From Alphaproteobacteria bacterium (lineage in GTDB: Bacteria; Pseudomonadota; Alphaproteobacteria; SHVV01), in the NCBI GenBank assembly GCA_965261735.1, contig OZ253470.1, positions 864,001 through 928,000 on the forward strand: a stretch of 64,000 nucleotides of DNA, written 5' to 3'. Below, piece after piece: positions 39,809 to 52,783 of the stretch. The notes beneath the pieces were generated by a model. That model was not told where the DNA came from. It did not search any database and saw only the letters and a list, made by a program, of their open reading frames with translations. The translations under genes and the position numbers were made by a program. Numbering within the stretch: position 1 is the stretch's first letter; each line of letters begins with the position of its first letter.

Positions 39809-40162
39809 CTACATCGGATCGAGTTCGCGCAGCACGACCGAGCCGCCGAACTCGAGGTGCGGGCAGCTCTTGGTGAGCTCGACGGCCTCGTCGTAGCCGC
39901 CGGCCTCGATGATGAAATAGCCGCCAATTACCTCTTGCGTCTTGGCCGAGGGGCCGTCGGTCGTCACGACCTGGCCACCGTTCGCGCGCAGGGTGCGGCC
40001 GGCATCGTCGGCCAGCTTGTTGCCGCCGGCGAGCTTGCCCGCCTTGCCCATTTTCTCGCTCCACTGGCGATACTTCTCGATCACCGCCCCGTATTGCTCG
40101 GGTGTGGGCTGGGGACCGGCCTGCTGCGCCGGATTGTTGAGCAGCATGATGTATTGCGCCAT
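39809..40162 (-). CDS. YciI/DGPF-domain protein
   Basis: VTTDGPSAKTQEVIGGYFII, CPH; AGGAGAGG RBS. Confidence 0.88.
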   Translation of the reverse strand: MAQYIMLLNNPAQQAGPQPTPEQYGAVIEKYRQWSEKMGKAGKLAGGNKLADDAGRTLRANGGQVVTTDGPSAKTQEVIGGYFIIEAGGYDEAVELTKSCPHLEFGGSVVLRELDPM

Positions 40163-40262
40163 GGGGTACCTCTCCTGTCTCGGGTTGCCGATACCCATAA
40201 GACGAACGGGGAGGCCCGCCTTCGACAGACTCGGAGAGTTTTTTGGCGGCGGCCCGGCCGGC

Positions 40263-41111
40263 CTAGTGCGCCATGAGGACGGACACTTCCGCGTTGGCGA
40301 GGATGTAACTGGTGGCGCCACCGAAAATCATCTGGCGCAGGCGGCTCTGCGTATAGGCGCCCTTGATCAGGAGATCGGCCCCGAGCGACGCGGTCTGCTG
40401 GAGGATGGCTTCGCCGGAGGCGCGCTTGTCCGCGGGCACGTTGACAGCGCGTGCGGGAACGCCGTGGCGCAGCAGCGCGGTCGTCACCTCGGCCGCGCTC
40501 GGGCCCGGCACCGCCCAATGCTCGAACCCCATCACCACGACGCTTGCGGCCTGAGTGAGGAAGGGCAGCGCGAGCGTCACCGCCCGCGCGGTTTCGGTGC
40601 TGCCGTTCCAGGCGATCGCGACGGTTTCGCCCAATAGGGTGGGCGGGGTCGGCGGCGCGAGAAGAATGGGATGGCCGCTCTCGAACAGCGCCGCCTCGAG
40701 AGTGCTCATGCCCGGCGCGGCGGCGCCACGGACCGGCCGCCCGACCACGATCAGGTCGAACACACGGCCACGGCTCGCGACCACGTCGTCGCCCGGCGAG
40801 ACCTCCTCGCGCCAACCGGCCGAGGGCTCGTCCGTCGGCTGCGCGGATTCGCCCCGGGGCACGCCGTTGTCGCGCATGAACGCATCGAAGAATTCGCGGT
40901 CGCGCTCGGTCCGCGCCGCATCCTCACGCTCGAAGCTGCGTACCAGCGTCGCGGTGCCACCCAGGGCATCGGCGGAGACCACCTCGACCAGGGCCGGGCG
41001 GACGTGCAGCCCTTCGATATAGCATCCGAATCGGCGGGCGACGAGGAGCGCGGTCTCAAGCATGGAGCGCAGGGCATCGCCACCCTCCACGGGGACGAGT
41101 ATCGATTTCAT
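40263..41111 (-). CDS. Universal stress protein (tandem Usp)
   Basis: MKSILVP, DLIVVGR, IAWNGSTETARA, GAYTQSRLRQMIFGGAT. Confidence 0.92.
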   Translation of the reverse strand: MKSILVPVEGGDALRSMLETALLVARRFGCYIEGLHVRPALVEVVSADALGGTATLVRSFEREDAARTERDREFFDAFMRDNGVPRGESAQPTDEPSAGWREEVSPGDDVVASRGRVFDLIVVGRPVRGAAAPGMSTLEAALFESGHPILLAPPTPPTLLGETVAIAWNGSTETARAVTLALPFLTQAASVVVMGFEHWAVPGPSAAEVTTALLRHGVPARAVNVPADKRASGEAILQQTASLGADLLIKGAYTQSRLRQMIFGGATSYILANAEVSVLMAH

Positions 41112-41471
41112 GCTCACGGCCGAGCCTGCCTCCGGTGTCGCCCGCAAACCAAGCCACCAGGCCAAAGCCGGTGCTGCGCGTGGCGCCGTTCACGGGGCGC
41201 GATGTTACCACCAACGCCTGCCCGATGCCACGCGCGCCTGCGGCCGGGGCTTCGGTCGCCGGAAACACGATTGGTCTCTGCCGCGGGGTCTCGTCTATAC
41301 TCCCCGGATGGGGTGCCACCAGCTTTTGGGCGAACGACGCCGATCGTTGCGCCCGCGACGTACCGGCCCCGACGCGGTCAGAGTGGGGCCCAACGAGGGC
41401 GACCTACATCCAGGCATTTGGAGGGGCGCGGGAACGGCTCCCCGACGCGCCGTCGTAGCGAGCCGGAGCCG

Positions 41472-43261
41472 GTGAGCTCCCTCGAACTCGGCGTCATCGG
41501 CAACAGCTCGATCGCCGCGCTCATCGACGAACTCGGTCGTGTCGTCTGGTACTGCCTACCGCGCTTCGACGGCGATCCAGTGTTCTGCGCGCTGGTTGGG
41601 GGCAACCAGGAAACCGAGGACGGTCCTCGGGGCGTGTACGAGATCGAAGTCGAAAACCTGACCCGCAGCGAGCACGAGTACGTCACCAACACCGCTATCC
41701 TGCTGACGCGCCTCTATGATTCCAACGGCGGCGCCGTCGAGATCACTGATTTTGCGCCGCGTTTTCCGCAATTCGACCGGCTGTTCCGGCCGATGATGAT
41801 GGTCCGCATCGTGCGGCCGATCGCCGGCACGCCACGGATTCGCATAAAGCTGCGACCGAGTTCCGGCTATGGGACGGGCGTGCCGGATATTACCCATGGT
41901 AGCAATCACGTACGCTACGTCGGTACCAACGTCACGCTTCGCCTAACCACCGACGCGCCGCCCGCCTACATCCTCGACGAAACGCCGTTCTTCCTCGAGG
42001 AACCGATTGCCCTCATCCTCGGCCCTGACGAGACCCTCACCACCTCGCCGACCATCGCCTCACGCGATTTCTTTCGCAAGACACGCGACTACTGGCGCGA
42101 CTGGGTGCGCCAGCTCGCGCTGCCGATGGAGTGGCAGGAGGCGGTGATCCGCGCCGCCATTACGATCAAGCTATGCAGCTTCGAAGAGACCGGCGCCATC
42201 GTCGCCGCGTTGACGACCTCGATTCCGGAATCGCCGAACAGCGGGCGCAACTGGGATTACCGCTTCTGCTGGTTGCGCGATGCCTTTTTCGTGGTTCGCG
42301 CCCTGAACCGTCTCGGTGCCGTCGTCACGCTGGAGAACTACCTGCGCTTCCTCACCAATATCGTCGCCACCGCCGACGGCGGTCTGATCCAGCCGGTCCA
42401 CGGCATCGCGTTGGAGCGGCGGCTGGGCGAGCGGCAGGTCGCGACGTTGTCCGGCTATCGCGGCATGGGCCCGGTGCGAGTGGGCAACCAGGCGTACGAG
42501 CAGCACCAGCACGACGTTTATGGCGACGTCGTGCTGGCCACGACACAGGCGTTTTTCGATGCTCGTCTCCTACGCCAGTCCGGCACCAGCGATTTCCAGC
42601 GCCTCGAGCGGGTCGGCGACCAGGCCTACCGGCTCCACGCCGAGCCGGACGCCAGCATGTGGGAGCTGCGCGGAAGCAACCGCGTCCATACCTCGTCGAG
42701 CCTCATGTGCTGGGCCGCCTGCGACCGGCTGGCGAAGATCGCCGCCCACCTCTACCTGCCCGAACGGGCGCGCCACTGGCGCCAGCGCGCCGATCGGATT
42801 CACGGCGTCATCACGGCGCGCGCCTGGAACGCCGAGCGTCGCAGCTTCGTCGACAGTTTCGAGGGTCACAACATCGACGCGAGCCTGCTACTGATGATGG
42901 AGGTCGGCTTCCTGCCGGCCGACGATCCGCGTTTCGTCGACACGCTGGCGGCCGTCGAGCGCGACCTGCGCCGCGACAATTACATCATGCGCTACACGGC
43001 CGAGGACGACTTCGGCCTGCCGTCCAACGCCTTCATCATCTGCACCTTCTGGTATGTCGAGGCGCTCGCCGCCCTCGGACGACACGACGAGGCGCGCTCG
43101 ATCTTCGAGCACATGCTCAGCCGGCGCAATAAGCTCGGCCTCCTCTCCGAAGATATCGACGTGGAAAGCGGAGAACTTTGGGGGAATTACCCCCAAACCT
43201 ATTCGCTGGTCGGACTGATCAACTCCGCCATACGGCTCACGCGGAGCTGGGAGACGGTCCT

Positions 43262-43265
<4 letters not shown>
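41472..43265 (+). CDS. GH15 glycoside hydrolase (trehalase-like)
   Basis: RNWDYRFCWLRDA, PVRVGN, MWELRG, LLSED, WGNYPQTYS. Confidence 0.93.
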
Positions 43266-44653
<1,388 letters not shown>

Positions 44654-44664
44654 CGGCGCGCGGC

Positions 44665-45657
44665 ATGGTCTCGGCCTTCGTCGCAGATGTCGGCGGAACG
44701 CACCTGCGCTACGCCCTGTGCACGCCGGGCGGCCCGCCGGGCGACCCTGTCGTGCTCGCGGGCGACGACCATCCGGGCCTCGCTCAGGCGCTACTGGCGG
44801 CGGCGGCGGCCCTCGGCGTCGAGCCGGGCGCGCTCGACGCCGGTGCGGTGGCCGTCGCCGGGCCGGTCGGCGGCGACCGCGTCACCCTGACGAACCGCGG
44901 CTGGGATTTCTCGATCGACGACCTGCGCCAGCGGCTTGGGCTCGAACGCCTCGTCGTGGTGAACGACCTCACGGCCCTCGCCGCGTCGCTGCCGCACCTT
45001 GGCGCCGACGAGGTCGAGCACTTCGGCGGCGGCGAGCCCGCGAGCGGGGGTGCCCTCGCCGTGCTCGCCGCGGGTACGGGGCTCGGCGTCTCGGGTCTGC
45101 TGGCCTCGCCCTCTGGATGGCTGCCGATCTCGGGCGAGGGTGGGCACGTCGATTTCGCGCCCGCCAACGACCGTGAGATCGAGATGCTGCGCCTTCTGCG
45201 CCGCAGCTTCGGCCATGTCTCGGTCGAACGCCTGTTGTCGGGTCCCGGCCTCGTCAACCTCTATCATGTCGCCGCCGCCATCGACGATGTAACGCCCGCG
45301 CTCGAGGACGCAGACCTCACGCCCGCGGCGGTCGCGCAGGCGGCCATCGCGGGGAGCTGCGCGGTCGCGAAAGCCGCGGCGCAGGCCTTCTCCGAGATAC
45401 TCGGCGCCGTGGCCGGCGACCTTGCGCTTACGCTCGGGGCCAGCGGCGGGGTCTACATCGGCGGCGGGGCCACCGCGGGCCTCGGCAGCGCGTTCGCCCG
45501 CGATGCGTTTCGCAGGCGCTTCGAGGATAAGGGTCGCTTCGCGCGCTATCTGGCGGCGATACCGAGCTACCTCATCGCGGCGGCGCACCCTGCGTTGCGC
45601 GGTCTTGCCGAGCTGCTCGCCGAAACTCCTGGGCCCGGCCGCCGCGCCGGCACGTAG
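44665..45657 (+). CDS. glk: Glucokinase
   Basis: ADVGGT, LTNR.W, GTGLG, GEGGH, ERLLSGPGL, FEDKGRF. Confidence 0.92.
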   Translation: MVSAFVADVGGTHLRYALCTPGGPPGDPVVLAGDDHPGLAQALLAAAAALGVEPGALDAGAVAVAGPVGGDRVTLTNRGWDFSIDDLRQRLGLERLVVVNDLTALAASLPHLGADEVEHFGGGEPASGGALAVLAAGTGLGVSGLLASPSGWLPISGEGGHVDFAPANDREIEMLRLLRRSFGHVSVERLLSGPGLVNLYHVAAAIDDVTPALEDADLTPAAVAQAAIAGSCAVAKAAAQAFSEILGAVAGDLALTLGASGGVYIGGGATAGLGSAFARDAFRRRFEDKGRFARYLAAIPSYLIAAAHPALRGLAELLAETPGPGRRAGT

Positions 45658-45684
45658 GGCCGACGCTGTGCGAGGGCGAGTTCT

Positions 45685-46415
45685 GTGACGTCCCTGGCCG
45701 AGGCGACCGACGCACGGCGCGTGTATCTGACCCGGGGTTTGACCAAGGCCTATCGCACGGGAGGGGTGGAGGTTCACGCGCTGCGCGGCGTCGACCTCGA
45801 GGTCTTCGCCGGCGAAGTGATCGCGCTGCTCGGCCCATCGGGCAGCGGCAAGTCGACGCTGCTGAACATACTCGGCGGCCTCGATAGGCCGACACAGGGC
45901 GAGGTTCGCTTCGGCGAGGTCGAGCTGACCGCCCTCGACGACCGCGGCCTCACCGCCTATCGCCGCGAGAGCGTCGGCTTCGTGTTCCAGTTCTACAACC
46001 TGATCCCGAGCCTGACGGCGCGCGAGAACGTGGCCCTCGTCACCGACATCACGCGCGATCCAATGGCCCCGGAGGAGGCTCTCGATCTCGTCGGCCTGGC
46101 CGAGCGCGCCAACCATTTCCCGGCCGAGCTGTCCGGCGGGGAACAACAGCGCGTGGCGATCGCGCGTGCGATCGCGAGGCGACCCCAGGTACTGCTGTGC
46201 GACGAACCCACCGGGGCCCTCGACAGCAAAACCGGCATCGTTGTCCTCCAGGCGATCGAGACGGCCAACCGCGAGCTCGGCACAACGTCCGTCCTGATCA
46301 CGCACAACGCGGTGATCGCGACCATCGCCGACCGGGTCGTCTCCTTCGCCGACGGACGCATCGCCTCGGTGCGCCACAACCCCGAAAAAGTCCGGCGCGC
46401 GACATTAGCTGGTAG
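45685..46415 (+). CDS. ABC exporter ATP-binding protein (LolD/MacB-like); 1-nt frameshift near 3' end
   Basis: [34 protein letters not shown]; adding one A in the A5 run at 46385 gives ...KSPARDISW* ending at 46415. Confidence 0.85.
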
Positions 46416-46429
46416 CGCGCGCAACGGTT

Positions 46430-48780
46430 GTGTCTGCACTCAACCTCAAGCTCGCGCGCGACCTGTGGCATATCCGCGGTCAGGCGCTCGCCATTGCCGT
46501 CGTCATTGGCTGCGGAGTCGCCGTGTTCGTGATGGCGCTAAGTACGATCCGCTCGCTCGATGAAACGCGAACCGCTTACTACGAGCGCTACCGTTTCGCC
46601 GAGGTGTTCGCGAGCGTCAAGCGCGCGCCGGAGTGGCTGACCGGGCGCATCGGCGACATTCCGGGCGTCAAGTCGGTGGCGGCGCGAATCGTCGTCGACG
46701 TGAGCCTAGACCTCCCGGCCGTCGCCGAGCCGATCACCGGCCGCCTGATCTCGCTCCCCGAGCGTGCCGGCCCGACACATAACGACTTCACCCTGCGCAG
46801 CGGGCGCATGCTGGCGCCCGGCCGCGCCGATGAAGCCGTCGTCAGCCGTGCCTTCGCAGAGGCCCATCGGCTTGCGCCGGGGAACCAGATTTCGGCGATC
46901 CTCAATGGCCACAAGCGCCGCCTCACGATCGTCGGCATCGCGCTGTCGCCCGAGTACGTCTACGCCATCGCGCCGGGTGCCATCATACCTGACAACAGCC
47001 GTTTCGGCGTGCTGTGGATGGGCCGCAAGGCGCTCGCCGCGGCGTACGACCTCGACGGCGCGTTCAACGACGTCAGCCTGACGCTCCTGCGCGGCGCGCT
47101 CGAGGACGATGTCATCCGCCGCCTCGACGACATCCTCGATCCTTACGGCGGGGTCGGCGCGTACGGCCGTGGCGACCAGGTATCGAACTGGTATCTGTCG
47201 AGCGAAATCGAGCAGCTCGGGCACCTGGCGCGCCATCTGCCGCCGATCTTTCTCGCGGTGGCCGTGTTCCTGCTGCACATGGTGGTCTCGCGCCTCATCG
47301 CCACCGAGCGCGAGCAGATCGGCGTCCTCAAGGCCTTTGGCTACACCGACAGCGAGGTCGGGTGGCACTACCTGAAGCTCGTCATGGCCATCGTCGGTGC
47401 CGGCGTTGTGTTCGGCTCAGCCACGGGTGCTGGGCTCGGGCGGGGACTGACCGAGCTCTACGCCGAGTTCTTCCAGTTTCCCCTACTCTACTATCGCCCG
47501 GGCACCGGCGTTTTCGCCGTCGCCGCCCTCGTAAGCTTCGCCGCGGGTGGCCTGGGAGCCCTGGGCGCCGTGCGCCGCGCCGTCACGAGGCGATGGCACC
47601 GCCGGCGCCGACCATGTACCGCCGCAGCTGGTGGGATCGGGGTGGCGCCATCGGCGCGTTCGCCGAGCCTACTCGAATGATTGTGCGCCATATCGCCCGC
47701 TGGCCCGTGCGCGCCGCACTGACAACCCTGGGCATCGCCATGGCGGTATCGATTCTGGTGACGACGATGCAGTGGATCGATGCCATCGACCACATACTCG
47801 AGGTCTATTACTTCCAGGCACAACGCCAGGACGTCAGCATCACGTTCGTCGAGCCACAGGCTTCGAGGACCTTGATCGAGAGCGCCCGACTGCCCGGCGT
47901 CGTGACCGCCGAGCCGTTTCGCCGGGTTCCGGCCCGTCTGCGCCTCGGTCCGCGTCATCGCCGCGAAGCCATCGCCGGCATCAGCGCTGGCGCCCAACTG
48001 ACCCAGGTTCTCGATGCCAAAGAGCGAGCTCTTCGGATGCCGCCCGACGGCCTGGTGCTGTCGACCATGCTCGCCAAGCTCCTCGGGGCGGAGCCGGGCG
48101 ACGTGCTCACGGTGGAGGTCATGGAGGGCCCCCGCCCGGTACGGCGGATTCGCGTCGCCGCGCTCATGGAGACATCGATCGGCACGCCGGCCTACATGGA
48201 TCTCGGCGCGCTCAACCGTATGATGGGGGAGGGACCGACGCTGTCAGGTATCCATCTGCTGGTCGATTCGCAGCGCCAGGACGAAATCTTTCGCTACCTC
48301 AAAACCACTCCTGCCGTAGCCGGCGTGATGGCGCGGGCCGGCATGATCCAGTCCTTTCGCGAGACCCTCGCCGAGACGACCTACATCATGGTGTCGTTCC
48401 TGGTCCTGTTCGGTGGCCTCGTCGCTTTTGGCGTGATCTACAACAGCGCCCGCATTTCCTTGTCCGAGCGCGGCCGGGAGCTTGCTACCTTGAGGGTCCT
48501 GGGATTCACGCGGTTCGAGGTCTCGTACATCTTGCTGGGCGAATTGGCCTTGCTCGTCGTCGTTGCGCTGCCGCTGGGCTGCCTGATCGGTTACGGCATA
48601 TCCTGGGGTCTCACCCAGGCGTTCGAGACCGAGCTCTACCGCATACCCCTCGTGATCGAGCGTTCGACCTATGGCATGGCCGCGACAGTGGGTCTGGTCG
48701 CCGCGGTGGTTAGCGGGCTGATCGTGCGCGCCCGGCTCGACCGACTCGATTTGGTGGCGGTGCTCAAGACGCGGGAGTAG
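46430..48780 (+). pseudogene. FtsX-like ABC permease, frameshifted
   Basis: KLARDLW...EREQIGVLKAFG / ERGRELATLRVLGF...VLKTRE; frame break ~47585 with loss of the usual LPPA before EAM. Confidence 0.88.
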
Positions 48781-48787
48781 GAGGGCG

Positions 48788-49179
48788 ATGCGCAGATCGT
48801 GGCGAAGGCTGGTGCTCGCGGCCGTGGCCGTCCTCGGGGGCGTCCTCGTGTTCGCCTTTTGGCCGCAGCCGATCCCGGTCGATCTGGCGGCCGTAAGCGT
48901 CGGCAGCCTACAGGTTACCATCGACGAGGAAGGGGAAACCCGCGTCAAGGACGTCTATGTCGTGTCCTCGCCGCTTGCGGGCCGGGTCCTGCGCATCAAC
49001 CGAGACGTCGGCGATGCGGTGGTCGCCGGAGAGACGGTCCTCGCGTCCATTCTGCCCACGGACCCAACCTTTCTCGACTCGCGCAGCCACGCCGAGGCCG
49101 ACGCCGCCGTCAAGACGGCGGTGGCCGCGCGCGATCTGAGCCAGGCCGACGTGGCACGGGCAGGCGCCGAGCTCGACTT
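48788..49179 (+). pseudogene. HlyD/RND periplasmic adaptor truncated by IS
   Basis: TM, V.IDEEG.TRVKD.YVVSSP.AG, FLDSRS; ends at the IS boundary after ~130 aa. Confidence 0.88.
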
Positions 49180-51762
49180 TGTCTGACGTCAGCGCCTTTG
49201 GGACAAATTGAGGTAATTGCATAACGGAGGATTTCTGGCTCATCGTAGTGACCGAAGGGAACGAAGATGAGACAGAAATCAATGAGCAAGAACGACCCGG
49301 CGGAGAGAGCTGTTCGGGATATTCGCCGCAAGACACGCAAGCAGTATTCGGCTGAGGAGAAGATCCGGATTGTGGTGTCGGGCCTGCGCGGCGAGGAGAG
49401 CATCGCCGCCTTGTGCCGCCGCGAGGGCATCGCCGAGGGTCTGTATTACAGCTGGTCGAAAGAGTTTTTGGAAGCGGGCAAGAAGCAGCTCGCCGGCGAC
49501 ACCGGGCGCCAAGCGACCTCGGGCGAGGTTAAAGTTCTGCGCCAGGAGATGCGCGACTTGAAGGAGTTGGTCGCCGAACTTTCGCTTGAGAACCGGCTTT
49601 TCAAAAAAAGCATGATCGCGGATGGGGGAGACGAGGAATGAGGTATCCCGCATCCGAGAAGCTGGAGATCATCCGCCTGGTCGAGCAGTCCCACCTGGGC
49701 GTCGGGTCCACTTTGGACAAGCTGGGCATTCCGAAGACCACCTTTTATCGCTGGTACGATCGCTTTCTGGCCTTTGGCGACGCCGGTCTTAAGGATCGCA
49801 ACAGCAGCCCAGGCCGGGTGTGGAACCGTATCCCGGATGATGTCCGGGGGCAGATCATCGATCCTTGCCTATCCGGTTAACGCCCATGACCGCTACATGT
49901 AGGGTGCCGCCACTCTCCCGAGTAAAGCTCGGCATAGGTTGGAGCAGAGGTGTCGCCCGCGATGCCGAGCAATGAGCGGAAGGCGTTGAACGGGTAGAAC
50001 CGCCTGTTGAAGCGGAAGGTGAACTCGTTGAGGTAGGCTTGTAGGTGCTGGTGGCTAACGCCGTGGTGGATACCGATCAGCCACGTCTTCAGGTTGGCGA
50101 AAACCAGATGGATGATCGGCAGGTATTGCTCGGCAACCTCTGGATCACCACACTCGGCAACAGCGAAGTGCTCATAGCCGCGCTTACCGAGGCCAGCATA
50201 GCCGCTCCAATCGTCAGTAACGATCAGCGATCGCGGCGCGACGGTGCTCTCGACGAACCCACAGAGCGACTCGGCGCTACGGTCGAGCACGACGGCGAGC
50301 CGAACGCGTCCGGCATGATGACGCACCTCGATGGCACAGGAGACGGGAACCTTGTGGTGAACACCACGGCCTTCCCCACGCGTTCGCCCGCCAACCCAGG
50401 TTTCGTCCACCTCAACATGGTTCTTGGGCTGTCCACCGATCCTGTCTTGGTTGGGCCGCACCATGCCCGAGCGGAGCTTGTGGAGAATTTGAAAGGCCGT
50501 CTCGTAGCGCGAAAGACCAAGTTACCGCTGAAACTGCACGGCGGACATGCCGGGCGTCTGACTGGCGACCAGATAAGCGGCCCAGAACCAGACGTTCAGC
50601 GGAGTGTGGCTACGCTCCATCACTGTTCCCACCGTCAGCCCGGTGTTCTGGCGGCACTTGCGGCAGCGCAGGACGCCAGGGCGGTTTTCAAAGTGGAACG
50701 GCTCTCCCGCCGTGCCGCAGTGCGGGCAGGCAAAGCCGTCTCCCCAGCGGGCTTTCTCCAGGTAGGCGGCGCAGGCCGCATCATCGGGGAAAAGTCGCTG
50801 GAACTCGGGTAGCGAATGCGGGAATGGGAGATCGGCGCGGTCGAGAACATCCATGGCGCGCTCCCCTATATCCGGGTTGCGCCCATTCTAGCCCTAGTGG
50901 GTGTGGGTGTAAACCGGATAGGCAAGCATCGATCTTGCCCTGGAGGAGACGCAACTGTCGCCCCGGGAACTGGCCGTCAGGTTTACGGACACCAGGGGCT
51001 ATTTTGTCTCGGAAGCCTCGGTTTACCGGCTTCTCAAGGCCCACGACCTGATCACCAGCCCCGCTTTCGTGGTCATCAAGGCAGCCGATGAGTTCCGCGA
51101 CAAGACCACGGCGCCGAACCAGCTGTGGCAGACCGACTTCACCTATCTCAAGGTCATCGGCTGGGGCTGGTTTTACCTGTCGACCATCCTGGACGACTAT
51201 TCCCGCTACATCATTGCTTGGAAGCTCTGCACCAACATGACGGCGGACGATGTGACGGCAACACTGAAGTTAGCGCTAGAAGCCTCAGGCTGCAACCGCG
51301 CCAATGTCGTCCACAAGCCGAGGCTGCTCAGCGACAACGGCTCGTCCTATATCTCCGGTGATCTCGCGGAATGGCTCGAGGACCACGGTATGGATCACGT
51401 TCGGGGCGCACCGTATCACCCGCAAACCCAGGGCAAGATCGAGCGCTGGCATCAAACGCTGAAGAACTGGATCCTGCTGGAAAACTATTATCTACCAGGC
51501 GATCTCGAAAACCAGATCGGCGCTTTCGTCGATCACTACAACAACCGCCGCTACCACGAGAGCCTCGCGAATGTAACCCCCGCCGATGCCTACTTCGGGC
51601 GCGATACCGCCATCATTGAAAGGAGGAACAGGATCAAGAAACTGACTATCCAACACCGCCGCTTGAACCATCAACAACAAGCGGCTTAACATCAATCCAA
51701 GATGAGCCAGATCCTCCCTTATGAAACAGACTCAACAGTCCCAAATGTTTTGACGACGGACA
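49180..51762 (+). mobile_element. IS3-type element (orfA 49267-49641; orfB 49638-51689 interrupted by IS1595)
   Basis: Imperfect IRs TGTCTGACGTCA..TTTGGGAC / TGTCCGTCGTCA..TTTGGGAC; A7G slippery site 49603-49610; WQTDFT, LSDNG, GKIERW; no flanking duplication. Confidence 0.9.
49864..50926 (-). mobile_element. IS1595-family element, copy C (inactive transposase)
   Basis: Duplication CATCGATC (49856-49863, 50927-50934); CAA>TAA at 50524-50522 and a 42-bp deletion relative to copies A/B. Confidence 0.93.
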
Positions 51763-51934
51763 GTGCGACCGACTCGCGACGGCAGGCGTGTCGCGCCTGA
51801 TCTGCGGTTTCATTGATCGCGCAGGCCATGACGCCCTCGTCGCATCGGGTGTGGACGTGCGCGTCGGAGCCTGTCGCGGTCCCGCCCTGCAGTTGGTCGC
51901 GTGCTTTTACGAGTTGCCGAAACTGTTCAGCTGA
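51763..51934 (+). pseudogene. 3' remnant of a NifB/NifX-like small protein
   Basis: CDRLATAGVSRLICGFIDRAGHDALVASGVDVRVGAC...LPKLFS* begins right at the IS end. Confidence 0.45.
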
Positions 51935-52018
51935 CCCGGACCACCGACCGATGCCCGACCCGCCGCTGCTGCGGCCATGCTATCGTCGGGCTCTCGCGGG
52001 CCAGCGGAGCGATCGGCC

Positions 52019-52651
52019 ATGACGACGCTGGAGTGGTATTTCGATTTCATCTCCGGCTTTGCCTACCAGCAGTTGGCGACCTTCGACCGGCTTCCCGACG
52101 ATATCGAGATCGTTTATAGGCCGGTGCTGTTTGCCGGCTTGCTCAAGCACTTTGGGCACAAGGGGCCGGCCGAGATCCCAGCCAAGCGGCGGCACACGTA
52201 CCGCCAATGGGTGTGGCAGGCGGCGCACGACGGCATTCCCTTTCGCATGCCGCCCGCGCACCCCTTCAACCCGCTACGCGCGCTCCGGCTGGCACTGGCG
52301 CTCGACTGCGACGCGCGCGCCATCGCCACTATCTTCGACTTCATCTGGGCGGAAGGAAACAGCGTCGAGGAGGCGGAGGGTTGGGAGCGCCTCATCGAGC
52401 GTCTAGGCGTGGCCGACGCAGCCGAGCGGATCGAGTCGCCGGCAATCAAGGAGGCGCTCCGTGCCGCCACGGCGGCAGCGGCGGCACGCGGTGTGTTCGG
52501 CGTCCCGACCTTCGCTATCGGCGACGAGCTGTTCTGGGGTCGTGACGCGACGCCAATGCTGCTCGACTACATAGCCAACCCGGAAGAGTTCCGTGGCGGC
52601 GAGCTCGCGCGCGCAGCCAACCTCCCCATCGGCACCATGCGCCGATTCTGA
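52019..52651 (+). CDS. DsbA-like / 2-hydroxychromene-2-carboxylate isomerase (kappa GST-like)
   Basis: WYFDFISGFAY, PAEIPAKR, HPFNP, GVFGVPTF, FWGRD. Confidence 0.9.
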   Translation: MTTLEWYFDFISGFAYQQLATFDRLPDDIEIVYRPVLFAGLLKHFGHKGPAEIPAKRRHTYRQWVWQAAHDGIPFRMPPAHPFNPLRALRLALALDCDARAIATIFDFIWAEGNSVEEAEGWERLIERLGVADAAERIESPAIKEALRAATAAAAARGVFGVPTFAIGDELFWGRDATPMLLDYIANPEEFRGGELARAANLPIGTMRRF

Positions 52652-52783
52652 TGCCGTGGCGCGGAGTCTGCGTCGGGCTCCCTAGAGGTGACCTAGGACC
52701 ACCGCGCGAACAGCGAAAGCCTGAGGGGCGCGGCGCTTCTGCGCTAGAGTGTGCTGCCCGGCGAGGTCAGCGAACCGGTATCA

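Noticed and set aside
40671-41471. Long N-terminal extension of the GH15 ORF (864 aa)
   Set aside because: Overlaps the usp gene antisense; GH15 similarity starts at GTG 41472 after a GGAG RBS
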